NCBI GenBank assembly: GCA_964372275.1
Contig: CAYJRR010000005.1
Span: forward strand, 1 to 64,000
Reading direction: 5' to 3'
Source of the DNA: an uncultured bacterium
GTDB lineage: Bacteria > CAYJRR01
Length of the DNA: 64,000 nt
A program made the position numbers and the translations under genes. Positions within the stretch are counted from its first letter, which is position 1. The number at the start of each line of letters is the position of its first letter. Shown one piece after another: positions 45,986-55,597 of this stretch. Under the pieces are notes generated by a model that did not search any database, was not told the origin of the DNA, and saw only the letters and a list, made by a program, of their open reading frames with translations.

Positions 45986-48943
45986 CTACAGGTTTCCGGA
46001 GAAGGGGCCGCGCAGGACCTCGCCCGCGTCGAACGCCGGCACGTCGAGCGCGACGAACGGGAACACGAGGCGGCGCCGTACGATGGCGCCCCCCGGGTAG
46101 AGGCCGATCGTCATCCATGCCTCCTCTCCGGTGACGGGCACGATCGAGAGCGGGAACCCCGTCTCCGGCGGAATCGACGTGTCGTCGGTGAACGCCTCGG
46201 AACCGACGAGGCCACCGTCGCCGTCGACGGCGAGCAGGTCCCATTCGTAGAAGCTGCTGTTGCGCACGGTCGCCACCCAACAGGCTTCGTTCCCCGACGA
46301 ATCCCCCCAGGTCGCGACGTAGGCGCCGTGGAAGCCGCCCGCCGCCGACGGGGCCGTCGCGATCGCCGACTCCCCGCCGCCGTCGGTCTCGACGAGCCGC
46401 ACCCGGTAGAGGTTGTCCGACCCCCACGTCACCAGGCACAGCCGTCCGCTTGCCGGCATCGTTGCCGCCCACGGCGAACCGGGGGCGAGGTCGACCCCCG
46501 ACTGCTCCGCGGCGTCGAGCAGGGTCAGCACCGCCGCCGACGCCCCGAAGCCCGAGTCGACCGTGAACACCTCGTAGCTCGTCCGGTCGAAGGTCCAGAC
46601 GAACGACCCGTCCGGAACCGCGGGCGCGAACAGCATCGTGCCCGGATTCCCCTCCGACCCGAGGATCGAATCGAGGATCCGGTCCTCGACGCCGGTCGAA
46701 GGGTCCGAGAGCCGACCCGTGACGCGCGGAGGATCGACCCGCAGGTCGACGCGGAGAAGCGACCGCTCGGTCGGGGAGTCGTGGAGCGTGGCCAGGAACA
46801 GCGTGGCGCCGTCGCCGCTGACGCGCAGCGCGTCGAACAGCGGGAGAGCGACGTCGGCGCCACCCTCCTCCCGAAGGGTCCTCACCACCCGGGCCGTCCG
46901 ACCGTCGGGCGTCGTCGCCACGAGGCCCCGCGGCTGGTTGTCGACGTATTGACCCAGTGCGACCGCCGACCACAGCCAGCCGGTCGAGGCGTCGACCGTC
47001 GCGATCCCCCCGGGAATCGGCGTCGCGTTGTGGAAGACGGTCCCGTCGGTGCGTGACGCATGGACGCGGAGGAACCCGCCGCCGCCAGGGATCCAGAGAA
47101 AGCCGTCGGGGTCGACGAACTGCGGAAGGTCGGGCCAGTCGCTCGGATCGAACGCCCGGACGGAGCCGTCCGTGTCGACGAGGCCGAGGACCTCCGGCGC
47201 GATCCCGTCGTTGTCGACGTTCAACGCCCAACCGGCGCCCCGAACCGGATCGACGACCAGCCGGTCGACGCCCGCGAGCTCCGGCGCCCTCCACAGGATC
47301 GCCTCCTCGATCGGCGCTCCGGCGTCCCAGAGCCCGATGTCGAACTTGACGACCCCTTCCGCCACCGAGGCGACGAGAAGTTCGTCGCGCGAGATCCACG
47401 CGAGGTCGCTCGGCGTGAAGGGGAGGCGCAGCGTCGTCGGAGGGGTCGCGACGTCGTCGGGATCGAGGTAGACCTCGAGCTGGGCCTCGGCGTCTTCCAC
47501 CTGCGAGAAGGAGAACGGAGCCGCCCATGCCTGGTTCGCCTCCGGCCGGACGGCGACCGACGCGTAGGCGCGGTCGTCGTGTTCGCCCGGATAGCACTCC
47601 GAGTCGTAGGTCGGCGCGCCGGTGCCGGTCGCGTGGATCTTCGCCGCTCCGGAGAGGGTGATCGTGCGCAGGTCGCCGGTGCTGCGGCTCGCGATCCAGA
47701 CGCCGCCGTCGAGCCTTCCGGAAAGGGCCGGCGGGACGCTCTCCGCGCAGTGGTCGTCGGAAGATTGGAGCGGAATCGTCGCGTCGACCGCGAGCCCGCC
47801 GTCGGCGCCGGCGTCGGCGCGGAGCTTTCGGAGCTGGAAATGCGCGTCTCCACCGCCGTCGACCCGCTCCAGCGCCCAGATCCACCCTTGGCCGTCCGAG
47901 ACGGCCCCTTCGATCGTCCCGGAGACCGTTCGCGGGACGCCCGGAAGGACGGCCTCGGGATAGGGTGCGAGCCAGAGGTTCGACGAGTCGTAGAAGAGCA
48001 GCCCCGGTCCGTTCCCGGTCGTTACCGACCAGGCCGCGCTGCCGAAGCCGATCCCCGTCGGTCGCGGTTCGTACAGCCCGATCGAAGCGTCGACGGCACC
48101 CGACGCGTTGCCCGCAAACCACACCGATGGCGGTCCGATCCAAACCTCGGACGACGCGGGCAGCGATCGCGTCTTGCCGTCGGTGACGACCAGTCGGGCG
48201 GCGAACCGGCCCGAGGCAGCGGTCGCGACCGGCTTGGTGAACGCCGGGTCGTCGGCGTCCTCGTGGCAGACCTCCACCGTTTCTCCAGGGAAGGTCCAGC
48301 AGTAGTCCAGGTCGTCTCCGTCGGGATCGTGCGACCGGCTCCCGTCGAAGAAGACGGGGACGGTGCCGGTCGGGTGCCACGGCCACCCACCGAGTGGAAG
48401 TTGACGCGTCGGGTCGGCGACGGCGGTCGGACGACCATTGAGGAGCACGAGCGACACGGCCGCGGTGCCGGTCGAGCCGTCGTCGTCGGTCGCGGCGACG
48501 ACGATCTGAAGTTCGCGATCGATCGGAGGGCCGAGTCGCCACGACGCGTCGAGTACGAGGATCGCGCCGGTGGTCGACGCGACGCGCGCGGGGCCGTTGC
48601 CGGTGTCGAGGGTGAAGGAGAACGAGAGCGATTCGAGGGTCCCCCCCTGCGGCTCCTCGGTCGCCCGCGCGTCGACGGCGAGGCAGCGGCCGCGGCCGAC
48701 GGCGACCACTTCCGGCCAATCGCGGTCGCTGACGTCGTCACGACCGGCGGGGTCGCCGCACTCGGTGGAGTTGGGTTTCGTGAAGTCGATCAACTTCGCG
48801 CGGACGAGGGGGCGGTTCGACGGGTCGTGCGGATTGTCGCGCTCCGGAAGGCAGGCGACGGCCGGGATCGACGCGAGGAACAGGAGCGTTCGACGGCGCC
48901 AGGCGCCCGGGCGGTCTCCGGGCGAACGCGACGGAGCGAGCAT
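45986..48943 (-). CDS. Large lipoprotein with PKD-like domains and probable beta-propeller
   Basis: AVAC-LPERDNPHDP; FDGSRSHDPDGDDLDYCWTF PKD motif; Trp-containing beta repeats. Confidence 0.7.
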   Translation of the reverse strand: MLAPSRSPGDRPGAWRRRTLLFLASIPAVACLPERDNPHDPSNRPLVRAKLIDFTKPNSTECGDPAGRDDVSDRDWPEVVAVGRGRCLAVDARATEEPQGGTLESLSFSFTLDTGNGPARVASTTGAILVLDASWRLGPPIDRELQIVVAATDDDGSTGTAAVSLVLLNGRPTAVADPTRQLPLGGWPWHPTGTVPVFFDGSRSHDPDGDDLDYCWTFPGETVEVCHEDADDPAFTKPVATAASGRFAARLVVTDGKTRSLPASSEVWIGPPSVWFAGNASGAVDASIGLYEPRPTGIGFGSAAWSVTTGNGPGLLFYDSSNLWLAPYPEAVLPGVPRTVSGTIEGAVSDGQGWIWALERVDGGGDAHFQLRKLRADAGADGGLAVDATIPLQSSDDHCAESVPPALSGRLDGGVWIASRSTGDLRTITLSGAAKIHATGTGAPTYDSECYPGEHDDRAYASVAVRPEANQAWAAPFSFSQVEDAEAQLEVYLDPDDVATPPTTLRLPFTPSDLAWISRDELLVASVAEGVVKFDIGLWDAGAPIEEAILWRAPELAGVDRLVVDPVRGAGWALNVDNDGIAPEVLGLVDTDGSVRAFDPSDWPDLPQFVDPDGFLWIPGGGGFLRVHASRTDGTVFHNATPIPGGIATVDASTGWLWSAVALGQYVDNQPRGLVATTPDGRTARVVRTLREEGGADVALPLFDALRVSGDGATLFLATLHDSPTERSLLRVDLRVDPPRVTGRLSDPSTGVEDRILDSILGSEGNPGTMLFAPAVPDGSFVWTFDRTSYEVFTVDSGFGASAAVLTLLDAAEQSGVDLAPGSPWAATMPASGRLCLVTWGSDNLYRVRLVETDGGGESAIATAPSAAGGFHGAYVATWGDSSGNEACWVATVRNSSFYEWDLLAVDGDGGLVGSEAFTDDTSIPPETGFPLSIVPVTGEEAWMTIGLYPGGAIVRRRLVFPFVALDVPAFDAGEVLRGPFSGNL

Positions 48944-48953
48944 GACGCGGAGT

Positions 48954-49715
48954 CTACTTCAGCAGCACGTACATTGCCCCGGCGCCGCCGTCGACCGGTC
49001 GGGCGGTGGCGTAGGCGAGGATCCAACTGCGCAGCACGCCCCGCCGCAGCCACCGCTGCAGCGCGAGCTTCAGCACCGGAATCGAACCCTCGGAGTGGTG
49101 GCCGCGCCCGTGGACGACGAGCACGCAGCGCAGCCGACGGACGCGGGCGTTCGCGAGGAAGCGGACGACGGCCGCATGGGCCTGCTCGCGGATCATGCCG
49201 TGCAGGTCGAGGTGCGCCTGGACGGCGAAGTCGCCGGCCACCAGCCGCGGCAGCAGGCCGGCGTCGGCGTCCGGGGCGATCCACTCGGTATGCTCCTCGC
49301 TGAACTCGTGCCCGAGCGGTTCGGTGCCGTCGACCATCGCCGCCAACCGCGCCAGGGCTTCGGCCTCTTCGTCGTAGAGGGGCGCGGTGATCGGCTCCGG
49401 GCGCGCCGGCGCGATGCGGTCGCGGCGGGGCAGCGCGCGCACCGGACCGACCGCCTGCGCGAAGAGGTCGGCATCGGAGTCCGCGGGCGGCTCACCGGCG
49501 GCGTTCGCGGCTCGCGCGCCGTCGTCGGATCCGGGGTCGGGCCCGCCGTCGGAGGTCGGCGGCATGGGGGCCGGCACCGTGGCGCGGAGGAGGCCGGCCG
49601 CCTCCGCGAAGGGACTGTTTCGTGGGGCATTGAGCTCGCCGCTCCCGCGGGAAGAGGCGGGCTCCGGCGGCGGGTCGTCGCGGCGGCGCTTTCGGCGGGG
49701 CACGGTGCCCTCCAC
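48954..49715 (-). CDS. Smr/MutS2 domain protein
   Basis: LDLHG, VVHGRG, DGGAGAMYVLL; start uncertain. Confidence 0.9.
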   Translation of the reverse strand: MEGTVPRRKRRRDDPPPEPASSRGSGELNAPRNSPFAEAAGLLRATVPAPMPPTSDGGPDPGSDDGARAANAAGEPPADSDADLFAQAVGPVRALPRRDRIAPARPEPITAPLYDEEAEALARLAAMVDGTEPLGHEFSEEHTEWIAPDADAGLLPRLVAGDFAVQAHLDLHGMIREQAHAAVVRFLANARVRRLRCVLVVHGRGHHSEGSIPVLKLALQRWLRRGVLRSWILAYATARPVDGGAGAMYVLLK

Positions 49716-49748
49716 TGTAGCGCGCCGGGTGCGCTTCGCCGAGGCGTC

Positions 49749-50684
49749 CTAGTCGGCCGCCGGCGTGACGAGGAGCCAGTCGGCGTCGCCGTTGCGGACG
49801 GCGCCGGCGAGGTCGGCCGGGCGCCGTCGGGTGGAGGCGATCGGCAACACCACGCGCGTGCGGACCCCCGGCACGCGGCGCTCCACACGCGACGGGATCC
49901 CCATCCGCCGGATCAGGTGACCCGTCCCGGCGATCACCATCATCGGGCGTGTCGCGGGTCGCTTCGGGTCGAGCTCCGGCTCGCCCGGCCGGGTCCGCAT
50001 CGCCAGGACCGTCCGTTCGGCCATCGTCTCGTCCCAAAGCACCTGCACGGCGTAGAAGCGGCGGAACGTCTCCTCCGGCAGCGCGTGGTGGTGGCGGAAC
50101 GCCTCGCGTACGAACTCCCGGTGCGCCGCGTTTTCGAGGTCCATCTCCGGATAGGTGGACCGCTCCTCGGCCGCGAGACCGTCGAGCCCCGCTTGGGAGA
50201 GGCGCCGGACCATCGGCTCCGGCGCGTTCAGCGCGAAGATCCGACCCTTGCGATCGCGGGCGAGCTCGAACAGCGGCGCGTAGAGCCGGATCGGGAATCC
50301 CCAGGTCGTCTTCCACTCGGTCGCGGCGGCAAGGACGTCGAGGTCGATCTCGCCGCGCGTGAACCGGTCGACGGCCTCCTGCCGCGACCACGGAAGCATC
50401 TCGATCCCCAGCGCCAGGTCCGGCTTCAACCCGATCAGCGCGTCCGCGATGCGGTGTTGCCACCGGTGGTGATGCCGGTTGTCGTGGTCTTCGCCGACGA
50501 AGACGACGTCGGCCTGCGCCAGGTCGTCGATCAACGCCGCGAAGGTCCGTTCGGCGCCGCTCGAACCGTCGACGATCAGGTCGGCGCGGCGGGGCCAACC
50601 GGCGGGGGTGCCCGGAGGGCGGGGAAGGCAGCCGGCGGCGCCCACGCTCGCGGCGATGAGAACGAACGCGAGGAAGGGGCGCAC
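49749..50684 (-). CDS. ChaN-family lipoprotein (putative heme/iron uptake)
   Basis: Lipobox AAGC; VFVGEDHD...HHRWQ, GIEM, QVLWDETMA, IAGTGH. Confidence 0.82.
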   Translation of the reverse strand: MRPFLAFVLIAASVGAAGCLPRPPGTPAGWPRRADLIVDGSSGAERTFAALIDDLAQADVVFVGEDHDNRHHHRWQHRIADALIGLKPDLALGIEMLPWSRQEAVDRFTRGEIDLDVLAAATEWKTTWGFPIRLYAPLFELARDRKGRIFALNAPEPMVRRLSQAGLDGLAAEERSTYPEMDLENAAHREFVREAFRHHHALPEETFRRFYAVQVLWDETMAERTVLAMRTRPGEPELDPKRPATRPMMVIAGTGHLIRRMGIPSRVERRVPGVRTRVVLPIASTRRRPADLAGAVRNGDADWLLVTPAAD

Positions 50685-50740
50685 CGAGGAACGATAACAC
50701 GCGGGGAGAGGCGGCCATCGCCGAGGGGGGGCGGAGAACT

Positions 50741-50828
50741 GAAAATGGAAAATTGAAAATGGAAAACCGGTAAATGGATTCCGGCCATTGATCGGTTTTT
50801 CATTTTCAATTTTCCATTTTCCATTTTC
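50741..50828. repeat. AT-rich inverted repeat built from GAAAATG/GAAAATT heptamers
   Basis: Arms 50741-50769 and 50793-50821 pair 28/29; one extra heptamer on the right. Confidence 0.9.
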
Positions 50829-50845
50829 CGTTCAGGATCTCGCCG

Positions 50846-52639
50846 ATGACTCCCGTGGTTCGGAGAGCTCTGCATGCGACGGCGCTCGCCGCTGCCGCGT
50901 GTTCGCTACGCGAGCCCCCTCCGGCAATCGCCCCCTCGCATCCGGTCCGGATCACCATCCTCGGCGTGAACGACTTCCACGGGGCGCTCGACGAGCGGAA
51001 GGTGCTGGTCGCGACCAGCGGCGGCTCGTTCGCCGAGCTCCGCGTCGGTGGCGCGGCGCTCCTCTACGCCTACGTGCAGAAGCTCCGCGCCCTCGATCCG
51101 GAGGGGACGATCGCGCTTTCCGCCGGCGACATGTGGCAGGGATCGATGGAGAGCAACCTCTTCGAGGGGCGGCCGGTCGTGATGCTCGACAACGAGATCG
51201 GCTACGACGCCGCCGCGCTGGGGAACCACGAGTTCGACTACGGCCCGTCGGGACCGGTCTCGCTGGCCGGCCGCGCCGACCCGCCGGACGAACGGTTCGG
51301 CGCGCTCCTCGACCGCATCAAGGAGGCGCGGTTTCCGATCTTGTCGGCGAACGCGCGCCCGGTGGAGGCGGGGGCGCCGTCGTTCCAGCCCTGGGTGACG
51401 ATCCGGCGCCGCGGTCTCAAGGTAGCACTCGTCGGCCTGTCGACGGAGGACACGCCGAACACCACCCAAGCGGCGAACGTCGCCGGCCTGGCGTTCGATC
51501 CTCCGGCCACGGCGTTGGTCAAAGCCTCGGAGGAGGCACGCGCGCGCGGCGCCGTGCTGGTGATCGCGGTCGCCCACCTCGGAGGTCGATGCCGTCCCGG
51601 AAGCGATCCGCGGGACGAGTCGGCCTGCGCCGCCGACGAGGAGGTCGCGCGCGTGCTGCGCGATCTCCCGCCCCGGACGGTCGACGCCTTCGTCGCCGGG
51701 CACACGCACCAGACGATCGCGCACTACATCTCCGGCGTTCCGGTCATCGAGTCGGGGGCCTACGGCCTGGCCCTGGGCCGGATCGAACTCGACGTCGACC
51801 CGGCGACGGGGACGGTGCTGCGCTCGAGCGTCTTCCCTCCGCAGCCGATCTGCCGTGACGTCCTGGTGGAGACCCAGAGCTGCTTCCCCCTCCCGGATGG
51901 ACCGGCCCCGCGCCCGTCGGTCGCTCCGGCCTCTTTCCTCGGGGGCCCGATCGTGCCCGACGCGCGCATCGACCGGATGCTCGCGCCGTTCCGCCAGGAG
52001 GTGCTCGGCGTGAAGTCGGAGGTGATCGGGGTGGCGGCCCGCACGCTCGGGCTCTCGCGCAGCGAGGCCTCCGATGCCGGCTCCTTCATCGCCGACGAGA
52101 TGCGGGCGGCGACGCGGCGGCTCCCCGACGTCCCCGACGCCGACTTCGCCCTGCAGAACTCGGGCGGGATCCGCGCGCCGATCGCCGCCGGACCGATCAC
52201 ATACGGCGCGCTCTACGAGACGTTGCCGTTCGACAACGTGCTGTCGACGATCGCCCTCACCGGACTCGAGATCGAGCGTCTCCTGACCGCCGTGGCGCGG
52301 ACCGGGAGGGTTTTCCAGTCCTCCGGGCTCTACGTCGAGATCCACGGCGCCGGCCTCACGGCCCAGGCGAGAGCGTTCGACCTCGCCACCCGGAAGCCGC
52401 TCGATCCGAAGCGGCGCTACGTCGTCGTCTGGAACGACTTCCTGGCCGCCGGCGGCGACGGTGTCCGCGAAGCGCTGGCGACCGCGCCCGCACCCGAGAT
52501 CCATCCGTCACACCGGCTTCGCGACGTGGTGGCCGACGGACTCCGTGCGCGCGGCGGGAGGCCGATCCACTCCGAAGAGGAGCCGGCGCTCGACCCTCGC
52601 CGGCCGCGGCTGAAGGTGGTAGGAAGGCGCCTTCCATGA
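50846..52639 (+). CDS. Bifunctional metallophosphatase / 5'-nucleotidase lipoprotein
   Basis: NDFHG, AGD, LGNHEFD, GHTH, NSGGIR, LPFDN. Confidence 0.92.
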   Translation: MTPVVRRALHATALAAAACSLREPPPAIAPSHPVRITILGVNDFHGALDERKVLVATSGGSFAELRVGGAALLYAYVQKLRALDPEGTIALSAGDMWQGSMESNLFEGRPVVMLDNEIGYDAAALGNHEFDYGPSGPVSLAGRADPPDERFGALLDRIKEARFPILSANARPVEAGAPSFQPWVTIRRRGLKVALVGLSTEDTPNTTQAANVAGLAFDPPATALVKASEEARARGAVLVIAVAHLGGRCRPGSDPRDESACAADEEVARVLRDLPPRTVDAFVAGHTHQTIAHYISGVPVIESGAYGLALGRIELDVDPATGTVLRSSVFPPQPICRDVLVETQSCFPLPDGPAPRPSVAPASFLGGPIVPDARIDRMLAPFRQEVLGVKSEVIGVAARTLGLSRSEASDAGSFIADEMRAATRRLPDVPDADFALQNSGGIRAPIAAGPITYGALYETLPFDNVLSTIALTGLEIERLLTAVARTGRVFQSSGLYVEIHGAGLTAQARAFDLATRKPLDPKRRYVVVWNDFLAAGGDGVREALATAPAPEIHPSHRLRDVVADGLRARGGRPIHSEEEPALDPRRPRLKVVGRRLP

Positions 52640-53403
52640 CGGGCCCATTGGCGGGGAAGGTGGCGTTGGTGACCGGCGCCTCGCGCGGGATCGGCGAATC
52701 GATCGCGACGGCGCTCGCGGCAGCCGGGTGCCGCGTGGCGCTCGCGGCGCGCACCACCGCCGAGATCGAGTCCCATGCCGCGAGGATCGGCAACGGGGCG
52801 TTCGCGCGCACGCTCGACGTGACCGATTCGTCGGCCGTCGACCGCGTGGTCGACGAGGTGGCCGCCACCGCCGGCGGGCTCGACATCGTGGTGAACAACG
52901 CCGGGCTCTCGGAGCGATCGTCGATCGCCCGCGGAAGCGACGAGTGGTTCGACCGGGTCGTTCGCGCGAATCTCACCGGCACCTTCTACGTCTGCCGCGC
53001 CGCGCTTCGCCACCTCGGCGAAGGGGGGCGGGTGGTGAACATCGCCAGCGTGCTGGGGATCTTCGGCGTCACCGACTCCGGGGCCTACGTCGCCGCCAAG
53101 CACGGCGTCATCGGGCTCACCCGCGCGCTCGCGGCGGAGGTGGCGCCGCGCGGCATCACGGTGAACGCGCTGTGTCCCGGCTGGGTCGAGACCTCGATGG
53201 CCGAGCGCGGATTTCAGTCGATCGCGCGTGGCCGCGAGGTCGACGTCGCCAGGGCGCGCGCCGACGCCCTCGCCGCGGTTCCGATCGGACGGATCCTCGC
53301 CCCGTCGGAGGTGGCCGAGTTGGTCGTCTTCCTGTGCGGCCGGGAGGCGAGGGGGATCCACGGGCAGGCGATCCGGATCGACGGAGGAACGTGCGCATGG
53401 TGA
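52636..53403 (+). CDS. Short-chain dehydrogenase/reductase
   Basis: TGASRGIG, NNAG, YVAAK, CPGWVET. Confidence 0.93.
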   Translation: MTGPLAGKVALVTGASRGIGESIATALAAAGCRVALAARTTAEIESHAARIGNGAFARTLDVTDSSAVDRVVDEVAATAGGLDIVVNNAGLSERSSIARGSDEWFDRVVRANLTGTFYVCRAALRHLGEGGRVVNIASVLGIFGVTDSGAYVAAKHGVIGLTRALAAEVAPRGITVNALCPGWVETSMAERGFQSIARGREVDVARARADALAAVPIGRILAPSEVAELVVFLCGREARGIHGQAIRIDGGTCAW

Positions 53404-54638
53404 GGCGTCGGCGAGGAGGGGGAGGTTCTCCGGGCGGAAGCTCGCCCGGCGGGCCGTCTGCGGCGGAGAGGATCTTCGAAGACGTCTCCTGCTGGGAGGC
53501 GCGGACGATCCAGGTGGCGACGGCGCTCGACCTCTTCACCTTGCTGGCCGACGGTCCCGCGACGGCGGAGGACGTCGCCGTCCGGATCGGCGCCGACCGG
53601 CGGGCCACCGAGCTCCTGCTGAACGCACTGTGCGAGGTCGGCTATCTCTCGAAGCGCGCCGACCGCTACGCGAACGCCGCGCACGCCCAATCGCACCTGG
53701 TCCGGGGGCAGCGCGGGTACGTCGGCTGGAGCGTGCTGTTCGAAGCGTCGTCGTGGGACCGGTGGGGGAAGCTCGAGGAGGCGATCCGTACCGGCAAGCG
53801 GCCCGCGGGGTCGAAGCTCTTTTCCGAGGACGCCGACCGGTCCAAGACGCTCCTGCGCGCGATCCACGCCCGCGCCGAGGCGCTCTTCGTCCGGCAGGTG
53901 GTGGAAAAGGTGCGCCTCGACGACGCGAGCTCGCTGCTCGACCTGGGCGGCGGGGCCGGGACCTACGCCATCGCGCTGTGCCGCCGATGGCCGAAGCTCC
54001 AGGCGACCCTGCTCGACCTGCCGATTGCCATCGAGCTCGCGCGCGAAACGACCGCCAAGACCGACGTCCACAAGCGCATCGCGCTGGTGGAGGGGGACTA
54101 CCACGTCGATCCCTTCGGCGGACCGTTCGACGTCGTCTTCGCCTCCAACGTCGTGCACATGGAGGGGGAGGCCGGACTCAAGTCCCTCCTGAAGCGTGCG
54201 TTCGACGCGCTCCATCCCGGAGGGAGGCTGGTGATCCGCGACATGCTGCTGGCCGACGACCGCACCGGCCCGAAGGGGGCCGTCTTCTCGCTCAACATGC
54301 TGCTGCAGACCGAGGGCGGCCGCTGCTACTCGGCCGGAGAGCTGTCGGGATGGTTGCGCGAGGCCGGGTATCGCGACGTTCGCGCGCTGGAGCCGCACGT
54401 GCTGCTGGAGGGGCGAAAGCCAGGCCCGCGTCCCGCCAAGGCGGAGCCGGCGAAGACGGACACGGCGACGTCCGACGGGGAGTCGAAGGCACCCGCGTCG
54501 CCCGGCGATGCGACGACGGGAGAGTCGAAGGCGCCCCCGACGCCCGGCAATGCGACGACCGCCACGCCTGCCGGAGCCCCTCCGGCGGCGCGGACACCGG
54601 AAACGGCTACTCCCGCCGGAAGCGGCGAAGGGTCGTAA
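53397..54638 (+). CDS. O-methyltransferase (dimerisation plus SAM domain) with low-complexity tail
   Basis: ALDLFTLL, LDLGGGAG, GDYH, LHPGGRLVI. Confidence 0.88.
   Translation: MVRRRRGGGGSPGGSSPGGPSAAERIFEDVSCWEARTIQVATALDLFTLLADGPATAEDVAVRIGADRRATELLLNALCEVGYLSKRADRYANAAHAQSHLVRGQRGYVGWSVLFEASSWDRWGKLEEAIRTGKRPAGSKLFSEDADRSKTLLRAIHARAEALFVRQVVEKVRLDDASSLLDLGGGAGTYAIALCRRWPKLQATLLDLPIAIELARETTAKTDVHKRIALVEGDYHVDPFGGPFDVVFASNVVHMEGEAGLKSLLKRAFDALHPGGRLVIRDMLLADDRTGPKGAVFSLNMLLQTEGGRCYSAGELSGWLREAGYRDVRALEPHVLLEGRKPGPRPAKAEPAKTDTATSDGESKAPASPGDATTGESKAPPTPGNATTATPAGAPPAARTPETATPAGSGEGS
54477..54560 (+). repeat. 42-bp in-frame tandem repeat x2
   Basis: Encodes GESKAPASPGDATT / GESKAPPTPGNATT. 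Confidence 0.8.
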
Positions 54639-55341
54639 GCGCCTTGGCGGCGGAGATCTCCGCCCCCCCTTCCACCTCGTAGCAGACGGCGAAGGAGCGG
54701 GAACCGGTCTCCGGATCGCCGCCGATCGTCATCGTGGCGGCCGTTCCGAGGGTGATGTCGACGAAGGCGACGTTCTCCAGGTCGAGCGGATCGTCCGGGT
54801 CCTCGCTGGAGAAGTTCCCGTCGAACAGGCCCTGGTCGTTCACGCCGATCAGCGACGTCCCGGTGCCGAAGACGCGAAGGTCGTTTGCGTCGGCGTCGTC
54901 GTAGATCACCTTCGCCCCTGCGGTCGGACCGTTGACCGTCAGGTTGAGGGTGAACTCCCCGTCGGTGGTGACGACCCCGACCGTCGCCGAGGTGGTCACG
55001 ATCAGTACGTCGTTCGGATCGACGGAGTGTCCCTCGTAGACGACGGCGGTGGCGAAGACCCCGAGGAAATCGTCGAAGCCATGGGTCGCATTCCCCCACC
55101 ACAGCTCCCGCGGGCCGTCGACGGCGAACAGGTCGATCAACGTCCCGGGCTCGTCCGGATTCGGCTGGGTCCAGACGATCTGGCAGCGCGCCTCCACCTC
55201 CGGCTCCGGCGCCGGCGTCGGCTCCTCCTCCGGAGCCTCGAAGAGATCGCCGTCGTCACCGGGCACGCATGCCGCGATCCAATTCACCGCCGCGACCGCG
55301 AAAAGCGCCGCCAAGGGGGGAACGATCCTTCGATGGGCCAT
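54607..55341 (-). CDS. Acidic lipoprotein, unknown function
   Basis: Lipobox IAAC; resembles the C-terminal domain of 28392-29384. Confidence 0.75.
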   Translation of the reverse strand: MAHRRIVPPLAALFAVAAVNWIAACVPGDDGDLFEAPEEEPTPAPEPEVEARCQIVWTQPNPDEPGTLIDLFAVDGPRELWWGNATHGFDDFLGVFATAVVYEGHSVDPNDVLIVTTSATVGVVTTDGEFTLNLTVNGPTAGAKVIYDDADANDLRVFGTGTSLIGVNDQGLFDGNFSSEDPDDPLDLENVAFVDITLGTAATMTIGGDPETGSRSFAVCYEVEGGAEISAAKALTTLRRFRRE

Positions 55342-55597
55342 TCTGTCTACTCTCCTCGTGGTTGGCGCGGGTCATACCACGAGCGCCGTCGAGGAAGAAA
55401 GAAGGGGCGGAGCGCCGGCCAATTCCGGACGCCCCGCCCCCGGGGAGGAACTTCGAATCGTCGAAACGATGGTGGAGCAACCGGCGTACCGCGCGCGCCC
55501 CGCGAAAATCCGTTGGAATCACGGGGCGAGGCGCGCGTTCGGACGGCCCCAGGTGGGTACTGTCCTACCGGCCGAGGGGCGCCGAAGGGCGGACGGG

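Noticed and set aside
44304-48719. 1471-aa minus-strand ORF suggesting a giant HAD fusion
   Set aside because: Only the last 271 aa are HAD-like; the rest is an off-frame read of two other genes
50741-50828. Heptamer array as a CRISPR or rho-independent terminator
   Set aside because: No spacers or cas genes; it lies between divergent gene starts, not gene ends
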